Assembly: GCF_018350175.1 (NCBI RefSeq)
Contig: NC_058373.1
Location: 105,464,001-105,528,000 of the forward strand
Length of the DNA: 64,000 nt
Direction of reading: 5' to 3'
Origin: Felis catus
Taxonomy: Eukaryota
Positions 35,845 through 48,419 of this stretch are shown here, in pieces (positions within the stretch are counted from its first letter, which is position 1; every line of letters starts with the position of its first letter). Under the pieces are notes generated by a model. That model saw only the letters and a list, made by a program, of their open reading frames with translations. It was not told the origin of the DNA and did no database searches. Position numbers and translations under genes: made by a program.

Positions 35845-36064
35845 GGGGCGCCTGGGTGGCGCAGTCGGTTAAGCGTCCGACTTCAGCCAGGTCACGATCT
35901 CGCGGTCCGGGAGTTCGAGCCCCGCGTCAGGCTCTGGGCTGATGGCTCAGAGCCTGGAGCCTGTTTCCGATTCTGTGTCTCCCTCTCTCTCTGCCCCTCC
36001 CCCGTTCATGCTCTGTCTCTCTCTGTCCCAAAAATAAATAAATGTTGAAAAAAAATTAAAAAAA
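35845..36064 (+). mobile_element. Young CAN-SINE (SINEC_Fc)
   Basis: Near consensus, CpG-intact; short TSD ending ATTCTT. Confidence 0.97.
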
Positions 36065-36299
36065 AAATTCTTTGTAAACTGATAGCTGGGAACTAAAAAT
36101 ACATACCCGCAGAATATTACAGATAGCAGTTAGAATCTCAATCAACTATCAATGCAGTAAAATTTATCCTATTAATAATATATAATTATTTCTACAGGAA
36201 AATCAGTTTCTCATTCTAATTTTAAATCAAATCTCCATCTAATTAACCAACTCCTCTGGGCTTTTTGTTGTTCCCGTCAAAAGTAATAGAACGATTTAA

Positions 36300-36500
36300 A
36301 ATGAAAAATGTCTTGTGTTTGTGTGGAATGCAATAATAAGCTCAATGAGATGTTTCAAGGAGTGATGAGAAGACATCAGGCCAGGGCTTGCATGGGAGGT
36401 GCTTTGGAGAACGGCTAGCATTTGAAGGGTGAAGGGAAAATGGGAAAGCATTTCAGGCAAAATGAGCAAAAACATGAACATGGAAATAATCATGGATAGG
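36300..36500 (-). mobile_element. L2 remnant
   Basis: GGGAAAGCATTTCAGGCAAAATGAGCAAAAACATG is an antisense L2 motif. Confidence 0.5.
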
Positions 36501-37499
36501 AAACAGGGTATGTTAATAGGGAAGCTCTGGTGAAATTAAAGACTTGTACTGAACCGTAGTGGAAAACCATACTTGGGATGCTTCAGCATCTGGACTGCTT
36601 TTAATGAAGACTTTGGAATTTAAGAATGGAAGAAGGTGTTTAACAAATATTTATTGAATGAATGTCTTTTTTTTTGTGTTATATTTTGGTCCCTATCTTT
36701 CTTTCCCTCTGGTTTATTCGAATTCATCTTCTTCTGTTCTCTTCTTCCCAGGCCTCTCGAGCCTTCCAGTCGCTTCCTCCTTTTCCCAGCCTATGTAAGA
36801 CTTTCTCTATCTACCCACGCAAGGCAATGGAAGAATCTTGGCTATTCTTAATGATATCCAGTTGTTTTTTGGAAGTCTTGCTAATGAGACTGCAATACAT
36901 CGCCTCTCCATTTTCTGGCCCTTCCTTTCTGTCATGAGCCTCCTATTCTCCCTACTGTGGATCTGGACCTAGGAGAGCGTGCTCTTAATATCTTTGCAAA
37001 CTGTTCACTAGGCAGGGATCCCCTGCCCCCTGCAGGTCCCCAGCAGCCCAGAGCTCTGTGGCTTTGCCCACATGGCAGGTTTCAGTTGAACAAAGCTCAG
37101 AGTAGAAATAAGAGGGATGAGTACCCCTGTCTTTTGATTCTGGCCATGACACTGGCAGTGGAGAATGCATAGGAGTTCTAGGAAGAAAGATCTTCCCTAG
37201 GCACCACCATTCTCCTCTCTGCTCCTATCCTTCTACCTCTTTCAGTCTTTCTGGCTCAGATGCCTCCACTTCACTTTATCACTGCCCTCAAATATTTCTT
37301 ACTGCTTCCAGCTTCCCCCAGCCAATGGACTCTACTAATCTGAGGTTTCCTAAACTATTTCACAGGGTCATCTTATACCAATCGTTTTCAAATTACAGTA
37401 CCCAGTACACAATTGATTTCTCACTTGAAAAAGTCCATCATTTTTTTATTCTACTGTTTTGTTTTTATTTGTTTTTTTAGTTGTGGTCTTTATCACAGT

Positions 37500-37862
37500 A
37501 AAATATGATTTCACTTATATGTGGAATCAAAGCAAACAAACAGACACTTAAATGAAGAGAACAAACTCGTAGTTGCCAGAGGGAAGGTAGGTATGGGGGT
37601 GAGTGAAATAGATAAAGGGGAGTAAGAGGTACAAACTTCCACTTGTAAAATAAGTAAGTCATGGAGATGAAAAGTAAAGCATATGGAATATAGGAAAAAT
37701 GCTGTAATAATATTGTATAGTAAAAGATGATGGCTACGTTTACTGTGGTGAACATTGAGTAATGTATATAAAATAGTCGAATCACTATTTTGTACACCTG
37801 AAACAAAAATGACATTATATGTCTATTATACTTCAATAATAATATAAAAAACCTGAAAAAAA
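37500..37862 (+). mobile_element. Carnivore L1 3' end (L1_Carn-like)
   Basis: ATGATTTCACTTATATGTGGAATC, GAGAACAAACT..GTTGCCAGAGGG, GAATCACTATTTTGTACACCTGAAAC and an A-rich end. Confidence 0.88.
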
Positions 37863-38274
37863 TGTTGATAGGGGATTTTAAGTAAATAGAGGTCACTTCT
37901 GGGCATAGAACACATACTTTCTATACTCTCAGATTGGGTCCCATGGCTTTTAATATGTGAATGCTATGGGGACTATGGAATAAAACATTTGAAATTGGGA
38001 TGGTTGAGCTGTATCTTGAATGTGGATGTGCTATATCTATGTTCTCATCAGAATAATCTCCATGAACCCTATAGCTGGATCCGAGTTTTCACTCTTTAGA
38101 GAGTCATTTCTTTCCTTTAGGGCAGAGTTCAGTCAAAATGTAGGAACCTACATGGTTAAGCCTTCTTGCTTGTTCAATCCCAAATGTGAATTAGTTTCAG
38201 ATCCTTTGAGCTGTTGGACTCTTGAGAAAACAGGCTCCAAAGAGTATGAGGGGGGGCCACAAAGGTTTTTTGAT

Positions 38275-38420
38275 CAGCTGTTGCTCTCAACCTGGGGAGC
38301 TCTTAAAAAAACCCACAAATTCTTGGGCCTCACTCTTGGAAATTCTGGTTTGACAGGTCTGGGCATCTGCTTTATAAACACCCCAAGTGATTCTGATACT
38401 TAATTGAAGTGTTGTAGTCA
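38275..38420. mobile_element. MER5-type MITE remnant
   Basis: ACCTGGGGAGCTCTTAAAAA...AATTCTGGTTTGACAGGTCTGGG...CCCCAAGTGATTCTGAT. Confidence 0.6.
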
Positions 38421-39554
38421 CTAACTATAGCATAGTGCTTCCCTGTGGCAGAGAATCATTATGTTGACTATTTGAAAATGGGACCTAAGCCCGAATGTGT
38501 GGACAGGCCTAGTGAGATTCTGCAATAGGGGGCTTGTTTTTAAATGGGGCTTGGTGTTCAAATGGGAGCAGTCTTTATAAGAGGGTTTCTAGCTAGCGTG
38601 GGCTAGTCATTTGGGAGATAATTTCTGCTGCCATTAGAAAAAGAGGGAGATTCCTTACCACTTCAGAGGCCTCCTTTGGGTGTGCCAAATTGAATGATAT
38701 TTAGGCTCTGGGCTGTGCAGAGCAGCTGGGGAGAGGAGGAGCTAGCAGCTGGCAGCTGGCCCTGAAATTAGCATCAGTATGTAAGTATATCAGTACTTAC
38801 AAGCCAGCAGCTTTGGCGCCTTTTGTGACACCTCCTCTCGGGGACATTTCTACCCAGTGACCGGGTTGTGCCTGCTGTTTGCACATCAGTCCTTTCATCA
38901 AGGCCTTCTTTCAGGCTTGTGATCACCATGTTTCTCTAGCATGGAAATAAATGTCCCCAGCATAGAAATACTTGGTGGGGGAAGGTAGTCTTGAGCAAAG
39001 TTATTTGGTAATCTCCCTGGGGATGGCCTTTTACATGGCCTTTCTCCTCTCACTTCCCCCAAAATATCCATATAGGAAAAATACAAACTCAGCCCTCCTT
39101 CTGGATCATTATAATTTGGAGAGTTTGCCCAGGCTGGGTGTAGACAGAGGAAAGAAATGATTCAGAGCAGATGTGCTAGTCTTATGTAACCTGAGCTTGA
39201 GATACCAAAGGGAGACTTTTGAATCACTTAGGTCCTGAAACTGCACTTCTGAGGATCCGTTTTCTTGACAACCACCTTCCTTCTTCTGCCTACCCCATCC
39301 CCACCCTATCCCTCAGGACAAAAGGCAATTGTAAACTCTTACCAAGAGAGAATTCTGCAGGGAAAGTTCATCAGAGCAGGGTGTGGTTCTGCCTTCTGCC
39401 CAGGTACGGGGTGGGAAGTGTTGGTATGGCCAGCAGAGTGGCCCCCAGAGATGTCATACCTCTGCCATTCTCCTGCCTTTGACTAAAGAACTAATGTCCT
39501 TCCATTTTTGCTCTTTTAAAAACATGTTCCACTGAAGGCCCAGGGGAGATATTC

Positions 39555-39660
39555 CAAACCCTTGGAGGGGGACTGTGGCATGTTTGTCATTGTACCCCAG
39601 CATCCACCATGGGTCTTGGCACATAGTGGGTGATTTAAAATGTTTGTTGAATAAATGGTA
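39555..39660 (+). mobile_element. L2 3' end
   Basis: TTGGCACATAGTGGGTGATTTAAAATGTTTGTTGAATAAATG. Confidence 0.65.
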
Positions 39661-40124
39661 ATGACGTTTCCACGTTCTAGTTATAGTCAGATGAATGCTG
39701 ATTATTTTTCCATTTCATAGCTACCAAGATTTCCTCCTTACTTCAGGAATAACCTTCATGCCCTGCCCGCTCCCCTCAAAGACCAAGTATGAGCCTGGAG
39801 ATGGAGTATAATTATTTTCATCTGGCCTTGGTGAAGGATTGCCCCCTGTCACTCTGAAGACGTGTGGATACAAGTCTGACTTCTCATTTTACCTATTTTT
39901 TTCTTAGCAGCTCCTCGCCCACCACTGACAAGCTGAGACTTGTAAAATGCTCCTTAAATAAGCCAAAGTGGGATGTCACCAGCACAAACAGCCTTAGCTC
40001 TAGTCCTAGCCTCCAGCCAAGCTTCTTGGACCAACGTCAGGCCCAAGTACATATTCTTTATCTGTAGAATGAGAATAAAAATACCACTTCATTTGTGGTG
40101 AGCAGACAAATGTATTTAACAACT

Positions 40125-40372
40125 CGAATAGTGTCATGGCTGATTGTGGGCTCAGGATCCAACTGCCTGGGTGTGGATATGGGCTTTGTCACTTCCTAGC
40201 CTTGTAACCTTGAGCAAGTGACTTAATCTCTCAGTGCCTCAGTTGCCACCACACTAAAATCAGGTTCATGATAGTACCCGCTTTGTGGGATTGTTGTGAG
40301 AAACAAAAGGAAATTACATGTACAGTGTGAGACCAATGCCCAGCCTATGGTGAGGCCCAGGATATGTTAGCT
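40125..40372 (+). mobile_element. MIR
   Basis: TGTAACCTTGAGCAAGTGACTTAATCTCTCAGTGCCTCAGTT core and GGGATTGTTGTGAG. Confidence 0.8.
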
Positions 40373-40745
40373 TTGAGTTGAGAGCAGACACTCATTGGAT
40401 GATAGCTTTCAATGATTACTATTATTTGGCCAAATTGGCATTTTATCTATGACTTTTTCCCACCCTCCTGCTCAAGCAACAGAGAACTACTACTACCATG
40501 CTGACTTTGGCATTTAGAATCTGCTTAAAGTCTACAGTGGACAAGAATAATGGAGGATTACGTGACTTTTCCCCCTTTACAAACAGAAAAGGTAGAGTGT
40601 CTTTCTTTAAGGTGAAATGGTACAGACGAGTTGTCAACAGACTGGAGGATTAATTGATGGATTTTTGATCTGAGTTAGAAGGAATATGTATGCTTTCTCT
40701 GTAAAAAGATAGTAGATAGTAAATATTAGTAAATAGTAAATAATA

Positions 40746-40962
40746 GGTGTGCCTGGGTGGCTCAGTCGGTTGCGTCTGACTTTGGCACAGGTCATGATCT
40801 CACGGTTCGTAGGTTCAAGCCCGGCACCAGGCTTTGTGCTGACAGCTCAGAGCCTGGAGCCTGCTTCGGATTCTGTGTCTCCCTCTTTCTCTGCCCCTCC
40901 CCTGCTTGTGCTGTCTCTCTCAGTCTCTCAAAAATAAAAGTTAAAAAAAAATTTAAAAAAAA
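40746..40962 (+). mobile_element. CAN-SINE
   Basis: GCCTGGGTGGCTCAGTCGG head, (CT)n, A tail. Confidence 0.95.
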
Positions 40963-41063
40963 TTTGTGGCTACCATCTTCCTGTTTCACTCTTTTCCTTT
41001 TTTGTGAGAGAGAAATATGTCATGCACACAAAAGATGATATAACGTGTACAAATAGTTTAAAG

Positions 41064-41257
41064 CAGGGGTTTGCAAACTATAGGCTGTGGACCAAATTTT
41101 GCCTATGACCTCTTTTTGTGGGGCCCTGGAGCTGACAAAGTTTTTACCTTTTTAAAGGATCGTGAAAAAAAAGAAAAAATAAAATATAAGAGAGACCATA
41201 CGTGGCCCTAAAATATTTACTATCTTGCCCTTTACAAAAAAAGTGTGTTAACCCCTG
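41064..41257 (+). mobile_element. MER58A (hAT-Charlie MITE), complete
   Basis: TIRs CAGGGGTT / AACCCCTG; perfect 8-bp TSD GTTTAAAG at 41056-41063 and 41258-41265; CCTAAAATATTTACTATCTTGCCCTTTACA motif. Confidence 0.92.
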
Positions 41258-41272
41258 GTTTAAAGAATAATA

Positions 41273-41497
41273 GGGGCGCCTGGGTGGCTCAGTCAGTTGA
41301 GCATCCAACTTCGGCTCAGGTCATGATCTCATGGTCTGTGAGTTCCAGCCCTGCATGGGGCTCTGTGCTGACAGCTCGGAGCCTGGAGCCTGCTTCGGAT
41401 TCTGTGTCTCCCTCTCTCTCTGCCCCTAATCCACTCACATTCTGTCTCTGTCTCTCTCAAAAATAAATAAACGTAAAAAAAAAAATTAAAAAAAAGA
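41273..41497 (+). mobile_element. CAN-SINE
   Basis: GGGGCGCC head, (CT)n, AATAAA and A tail. Confidence 0.96.
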
Positions 41498-41839
41498 AAA
41501 ATAAATTAGCCCTCCTTTCACCTCTACCTACTTTATAAAACAGTATATCACCAATATCTTTGAAGTTTGTGAGTGCCCCTCCCTGAGCACATCCAATGCC
41601 TTCTCCCAGAGCTAACTATGGTTTTGAATTTTATGTATTCATTCCTTTGCTTGAAAAATTTTTATCATATGTATATGTAAATATATAAGATGTTTAGTCT
41701 TTTTAGTCTTGAGTAATTGAAATAATACTCTATATTTTCTTCTATCACATGCCTTATTCTCTCAATATTATCTTTTTTTCTCGGTATTAAGATTTGAGAA
41801 CCATCCAGGTACCTATATGTAGCTAGTGTTTATCAATCT

Positions 41840-42031
41840 TCTTTTTCTTTCTTTTTTTAAAATTTATTTATTTATTTTGAGAGAGTCAGAGACAGAGGGA
41901 GAATTCTAAGCAACCTCTGTGCTGTCAGTGCAGAGCCCAACAAGGGCCTTGAACTCATGAAACTGTGAGATCATGACCTGAGCCAAAATCAAGAGTCAGA
42001 TGCTTAACTGACTGAGCCACCTGGGTTCCCC
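41840..42031 (-). mobile_element. CAN-SINE, older subfamily
   Basis: T tail and GAGATCATGACCTGAGCCAAAATCAAGAGTCAGATGCTTAAC. Confidence 0.92.
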
Positions 42032-42297
42032 TAGTTCATTAAAGATAGCTGTTGCATTTTTGTGTGTGCATATACCATGTTTCTTTATTTGTTCCTCCCT
42101 TGATGGACATTTGTGTTGTTTCCTGTGTCTTTTTTCTGTTTCCAATGCTTGTTATCAGTATTCTTATTCCTACTTCGTGGTGTTTATGTGCTAGAGTTTC
42201 TGTAGAAGTGGAATCACTGGATCATCAGTATATGTATGTTTAACTTTATAAAATGATGCCAAATGGTTTTCTGAAGTGATTGCATTGATTTCATCCT

Positions 42298-42826
42298 TTC
42301 GTGGTTATCTAATGCTGTATAACAAACTACCCCAGCTTGAGTGGCTTAAAACAACAATATTATTTTGCTCATGATTTTGTAGGTCAAGAATTTAGGAAGA
42401 GCAGTTTGTCTCTAATTCATATGGTGTAAGCTGAGGCTGCTGATGCTGGAGCATCCACTTCTAGAATGGCTTCTTCATTCATGTACCTATGTCTTGGTGC
42501 TCTTCAGTAACTGTCTTCACATGGCATCTCGTACTGTAGGGCCTTTCCACATAGCTTGGGCTTGTCACAGAATGGTGGCCACAGGGTAGCCTGACTTCTC
42601 ATATGGTAGTTCAGGGTCCCAAGAACAAATGTTCTAAGAGTCTGGAAGTGGCAGGTCTGGACCTAGAAACTTACGTGGCATCCTTTCTGCCACATTCTAT
42701 TGGTCAAAGTAATCACAGAGCCTGCCCAGAATCAAAGGGAGGGGACATAGACCCCCCCCCCAAATCTTTTGGTGGTAAATATAAGAGAGAGCAATAATTT
42801 CTGGCCACCATCTTAAATCTGCTACA
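42298..42826 (-). mobile_element. MLT1 (MaLR) LTR, G/H-like
   Basis: GCTGTATAACAAACTACCCC..GGCTTAAAACAACA, TTCTGCCACATTCTATTGGTCAAAG and CAAAGGGAGGGGACATAGACCCC. Confidence 0.85.
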
Positions 42827-42940
42827 TATTTCCTGCAGTCAAATAAGGGAGTCTGTGTTGTGCATATCCTTGTTAATGCTTAGTATTGACAACCTTTAAA
42901 CTTTTTGCCAATCTGGTGACTATAAAAAGATAGGAGGAAT

Positions 42941-43131
42941 TTTTTTTAATGTTTATTTATTTTGAGAGAGGGCAAATATAAGCAGGGGAGGGGCAGAGAG
43001 AGGGGGGTAGAGAGAGAATCCCAAGCAAGCTCTGTGCTGTGAGTGCAGAGCCTGAGGTGGGGCTTGAACTCACAAACCTGAGCAGAAGTCAAGAGTCAGA
43101 CGCTTAACTGACTGAGCCACCCAGGCACCCC
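42941..43131 (-). mobile_element. CAN-SINE, older subfamily
   Basis: TSD TAGGA(G/A)GAAT at 42931 and 43132. Confidence 0.92.
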
Positions 43132-43149
43132 TAGGAAGAATGTTTTTAA

Positions 43150-43345
43150 ACAAATTTATTGGATATTTACTGTGTGCCGAGCATTCTGCTAAATGCATTT
43201 CCTCCTCATTTTAATCTTAACGATAACTATGTAAAGTAGATACTATTACCTTCGGAGAGGCTAATTAACTTGAAAAGATCATATAGCTAATAAGTGGCAG
43301 GATATAGATTTGAGCAGAGATTTACCCGACTTCCAAGCCCATGCA
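43150..43345 (-). mobile_element. MIR
   Basis: TTTACTGTGTGCCGAGCATTCTGCTAAATGC...ATAGCTAATAAGTGGCAG...GACTTCCAAGCCCATGC. Confidence 0.75.
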
Positions 43346-44688
43346 TTGAGTTTTTCCTTCTTGTTCAAGATGTGAACTGAGATGATGATTTGAGGTACAG
43401 GTTAAACTATGAAGAAAATGTAAAATATTAAGAAGTGATGATTAAGTAATACATGAAGTAATAAGAAAGCAAATGTGACTTAAAATATTTTTTTGGTCTT
43501 AGGGGCACCATTTCCCCGTTTATCAAGCAATTAAAAAAAATTGACTCTAAAGTGGAAAACATGAAACAAAAAAATGAAACAAAACTTTTTAATGCTCAGT
43601 AGGAATCAGTATTAAGTTATCACAGATGGGCTGGAACTGACCTCATGGTGCATAAAGCTTGGTGGAAGAAGTAGATACATTCCCTTCATCTAAATCAAGG
43701 CAACACTGCAGCTTTTGTGATTTGACCAACCCCAAAGAGAGGGATGAGAATGCCCTTGCCACAGTAGATTTTGGATCACACTTTTCTTAAAGCCTAAATC
43801 AGAATCTCATTGGTCAATTTTCTGTTCTTTGTTCCCAATGTTCTTTGTTCCCTTTTCCCAATGAATAAGAACAAAACTGGTGCCACATCCACGTATCATT
43901 CACCCGCCAGATGTTTACATCGAAAATTCCACTTTTCCATAGTGTGAGGATTCCCAAGGTAAGAGCCAAAGACCCACAAAGACACATGAAGACGGCTCAT
44001 GGTAGAGCTTTGTGACCTAGCATAACACATTTTTCCCCCTCCCCCTTCATTTACGGGTATGGATTCCCTCATCCTGAAGGAAAATACATTTCTTGGATAC
44101 ATTTCAGAAACAACTCGTGAGTTCAAGTGAAAACTGATTTCCATGGGTACAGTAAGTACTTAATTCCTGGGATCTTAGATTCCAAACCATTTGGAATCAT
44201 TCCTTAGGTACACTATGCTTCAAATTTCAGTCTCTTTTTCACTGATTAATCTTCCCCATACTTCTTTCCTCAACCTGGTCTTTTCTAGGCACCCCTTTTG
44301 ACTCGCCTTTCATACTCTTATACTCTTTGAGAAGTCTCAACACATTGTGTTCCTCACCTTTATTGCATCTCATCTTAACCAGCTTCTGTTTCATTAAAAA
44401 TCAGTACTTTCAGGTTCATTCATGAATCTGTTTCTCTGAATGTTGCCCAAGGTGCCTAAAGTTAGAGTTTTATCTACAATATTTACCCAAGTTTGAATAT
44501 CACCCAAAGGGATGGGATGTGGGCTATGTACTGGAACATTCATCTTTTGTGTCCTTGCCTTTACTATCTTCAAGAATTTTGAATTAGTGGTTCACCAGCC
44601 TGATTTCACTTTCTTCTACCCTGTTATTGGTTGAAAGTTGGACTGGAAAAGTTCTGATCACATGGAAAATCTACAGCTGCAACTATCA

Positions 44689-44690
<2 letters not shown>

Positions 44691-44733
<43 letters not shown>
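44691..44733. repeat. (CA)n microsatellite, about 21 units
   Basis: Read directly from the sequence. Confidence 0.98.
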
Positions 44734-44735
<2 letters not shown>

Positions 44736-46031
44736 TTGACTTAAAATAGCAAAATTGGAAATGCTTTAAGTTTTAGAATCTCATGTAGAGTTCTATTTGT
44801 ATCTATAAATATATTTTTGGCTTTAAAAACAATAACAGAACTAAAAGCTTGAGGATAACACACTACCCACTTTATTGTAAGGATTCTTTCATGTGAAGCT
44901 CTCAGGCCTGTAGCTATAGTCTCCTAGATGATTTAGTATGAATTGAATTTTCAGTTGGGGTGACCTCAAATGGTGACCATATGACATGAAGTCAGGGAGG
45001 AGCTGCAGGTGTCTTGTAGATGTAGTGATGCCAATGAAGTGTGAAAATGTGTCTACCTTTCCTGTAAATCAAAGCTAACAGTTCACTCAAAAAGATCGGC
45101 AAGTATTAAGAGCTTTAAACTTAATTTTATTTTAATCTCAGTAGAAAGAGGGGTTTTGGTTCTACTTAGCCTGGGGAAAAATGTCTGGTAAGCTTTTCTC
45201 AGGACCTAAAGGAAATACCTTATTTCGAACACAAGAAAAATGTGTGAAGGGATTTTTTTTTTTTCTACCTTGAATCAGAAGTGTTTCCTGGAAAATCTCT
45301 AGGATTTCTTCTTGCTCCAGTTCTATGATTCTGTATAGAGTCGAGTTTTATGACATAGAGTCAGAATCTTCATAAGCTATTTTTAATTCATTCTGGCTTC
45401 TCCAGTTTATCATGGTTATTGGGTGCCCCTGTTCAGACTTTTAGGGATGTTAGAAATAAAACACAACACAACAAAATGTTCTCTACAGGCCTCATTGTTC
45501 TCTATAGGTTACTGCTAGCCTGATGTGGGAGAAGGGTGGTTTAATTCAGAGCCAGCCACCTTTAAGATTGGTGGAAGAAAATCTCATTGTATAGTGTGTT
45601 TCAAAGGAGAGTCCTGTGGGGAGATGCTGGAATCAGGAAGGCTTGAGGTCTCCGATGCTGTGCTCATCTCACACGGGTGCTCCAGCAAGTGGCTTCTGTC
45701 TTCTTTTTTTCCCCCCACCAAAGGCTATGAATGATTTATTTGTGTTTGTTTTTTTAAGTGCAGTCCCATTTGCTTAACTACTACATACTATATATACCTG
45801 AATATAGGAATAAAAGACAATTAAGAGCCAAAAAAAGGGATCTGGTCAGTTTGAAAATTCCTTATATACTTTCACGAATGTTAGTTGAGCTAGTAAATAT
45901 TAACTGATATTTACTTAATACAAGTACTCATCTATATTTAAGATGATATATCTAAAATAATAAAACAGAAATATTACTTTTTCCATTCCCAGTTTCCAAA
46001 AATAATTTTATTTATTTTCTCTTTACATGTA

Positions 46032-46033
<2 letters not shown>

Positions 46034-46083
<50 letters not shown>
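46034..46083. repeat. (TG)n microsatellite, about 25 units
   Basis: Read directly from the sequence. Confidence 0.98.
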
Positions 46084-46085
<2 letters not shown>

Positions 46086-48419
46086 TGATTTCTGCTTCGG
46101 TGACCTGATACAGCTTTCAGAGCTCATAATTCTTCTAAGTTATTTGAAAAATAGCACTTTTGAGTACCTGTTTAATGTGGTCATAAGAACCACTGTGCCA
46201 AGCAACAAGTATTTATTTGGCTAACATTAGGTAGTTGAATTTTTATGGTCATGTAGGTACGTACTTGTGATCTCTAAAATGTAACCACCTAAGGTCCTAC
46301 TTTTAAAAGTTACTTTTAAAGGCTTGTTGGCTTATTGTTAACTACATTCAGTAGTTGCAAATGTAAGTCTTTACCTACAAGAACAAATGACTAAATTTGG
46401 GTTACATTTCTTTTGTTTCCTTTTTTTTTAACCAATTCCACACTGACATCTGTAAGTACCCCCAAACAATCATGGATTGGGGTTGTTTTAGGGCTTTTGT
46501 GCCTTACTCTCAAAGCACATTGAAATTCAAAATAAAATAAATGAGAAAACACCTTAGTATTGTGAGATGTTGTAAAGAACCTAACGTACAACTCCTATTA
46601 TAAGGGACATCCCAGGGAGGTGAAAGAAAATCTTTGCTTTATAATAGGCATTTGCAATATAATATTGTGAGTTTCCCTAATGAAAGGAATACAAACACTT
46701 TATTTTCCTATTTAAAGTGTCCATTTAATTTGCTTAATATGTAGAAGTACCTGTTAGTCTATCCCTTTCTTTTATTTTCTTCTTACAAATAAGGTTGATT
46801 GACCAATGGGATGAAACTTGGAGAAGGCCCCTCTGCTTATTTGCTGTTGTTTCTCTTAGGGATTAAAAATCCTTTAGAAAAGAGACAGGGAGGATTATGT
46901 TTGCCGAGCAAACCTGTTTGAACCTAGCACTTTGGACAGGGAAAGAGACTGAATCGTGTTAAAACGGTTTTAACTGTTGAAAATATCATGAATAATGAAA
47001 GGCCCGTGGTGCACCTGTCAGATTGCATGACATTTTCTTTTCTTCTTCTTCTTCTTTTTTTTTTTTATTGATGAAGTTGGGTAGCGTTTTCTATACAATG
47101 TTTTGGAGTGACCTTGGGTCATTTGTTGATTTGGTCCTCACCGTCGTTGTCGGCCACACTTTAATCATTGCTATCGTTCACTGATCACTTACAACGCCAA
47201 GGGCTGCACATAGTGATTGACACAAATCCTCTCTCGTGGGTTGCACAGTTGCTTGCCTGTAGTCAGAAGACTCGGAATAGAAATAACAGTCTTGCACACC
47301 TCAGTAGCTTGTTTCCAGACCCATGATGATTTGTGCCATGTTGAAACCCCTAAGGTTGTGAAGGGAACTGGCCTTACACAAAATGACAAAGGGGGACAAA
47401 GGGATTTTCAGTGCCTTTCACTCTCCTACAGATGCATCTTTGCATCTCCTTGTCCGTCCTTCCCTGCCCCCTAACTCTTGCTTTCTTCTGGGATTCTGTC
47501 ACCTCTTAACGCTAATCTGAGGCAAGTGCTTTGTCCTGAAAAGGACCTAAGCTTGAAATCTTGACGATTTGGCCTTGAAACCTGGGTTTCCCCCTCAAGA
47601 ACCGTGTTTTCTTGGGCAAATCACTGAAGTTTTCTCACCTATGTTAAAAGTGGTTGTGTGTGAATGAAGAGATAATCCATGTTGCTGAGGCTAAGGTGTG
47701 ATTGTGGTCCCAGGTATCGTTTGCATTTTAACGTGGCATTTAATCTGAAGGAGTGTCCGTTGGTGACGATTGAGCTATGGAAGCCTTGTGGGGGAGATAG
47801 GTGTGTGTTTGGGGGTTAGGGCCACGTATGAAGAGATGCCAGCACCCTTAGAATAAATTATAGTTGGGAGGTAGCGTTTGTTACCTGCCCACATCTGCCT
47901 TGTTTTCTTAATTCTCCAGTTTGAACCACAGATTCTCAAATTTAGACATGAAAGGTCTTCTAGGCCCAGATGAAGTAGCTGAGGCCCAGGGACGTGAATG
48001 GTTTTACCCAAGATTATGTCACTCACTAGGCATCCAAGCTGGGGAGAGAGCCAGCCTCTCCCAGTAGTGGAATTGACAAAAGACCAGGTTTGCAAGTATC
48101 CATGTTTTAGTCTGAAGGAGGCTTGTTAAATTCCATTTCCTCCTAAGAATTCCTAATGGAAGCTTTTAGATACCGAATGCTTACTTTTTCGTGACTCCTT
48201 CAGATGAAATGATTTCACAAGTGACTTAAAAAGGCATTCCCGCACCCAAGGCTGGTTAGGGTTGTGCTAGGATGAAGATTTCAGGCCTCCCACCACAGAG
48301 GCCCTATCTGAGGTCCTTGAAGATATTTGGGGAAGTACAGGAAGTCCTATAATTGAACTCAGTGGGTGTCTGAAGTTCTGCACTGACTTTCATATGAAGA
48401 CTCTTGCCTGAGATTCTTA

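Larger units (their letters stand above)
40990..42930 (-). mobile_element. Ancient L1ME-type element hosting MER58A, two SINEs and an MLT1 LTR
   Basis: L1ME-like segments (CTCCCAGAGCTAACTAT, TTGATGGACATTTGTGTTGTTTCC, GAAGTGGAATCACTGGATCA, CATATCCTTGTTAATGCTTAGTATTG, TTTGCCAATCTGGTG) are collinear across the insertions. Confidence 0.65.

Noticed and set aside
47100..47300. CpG-containing segment that looked exon-like
   Set aside because: The reverse complement resembles a degraded MIR tail and there is no coherent splice pair or peptide.
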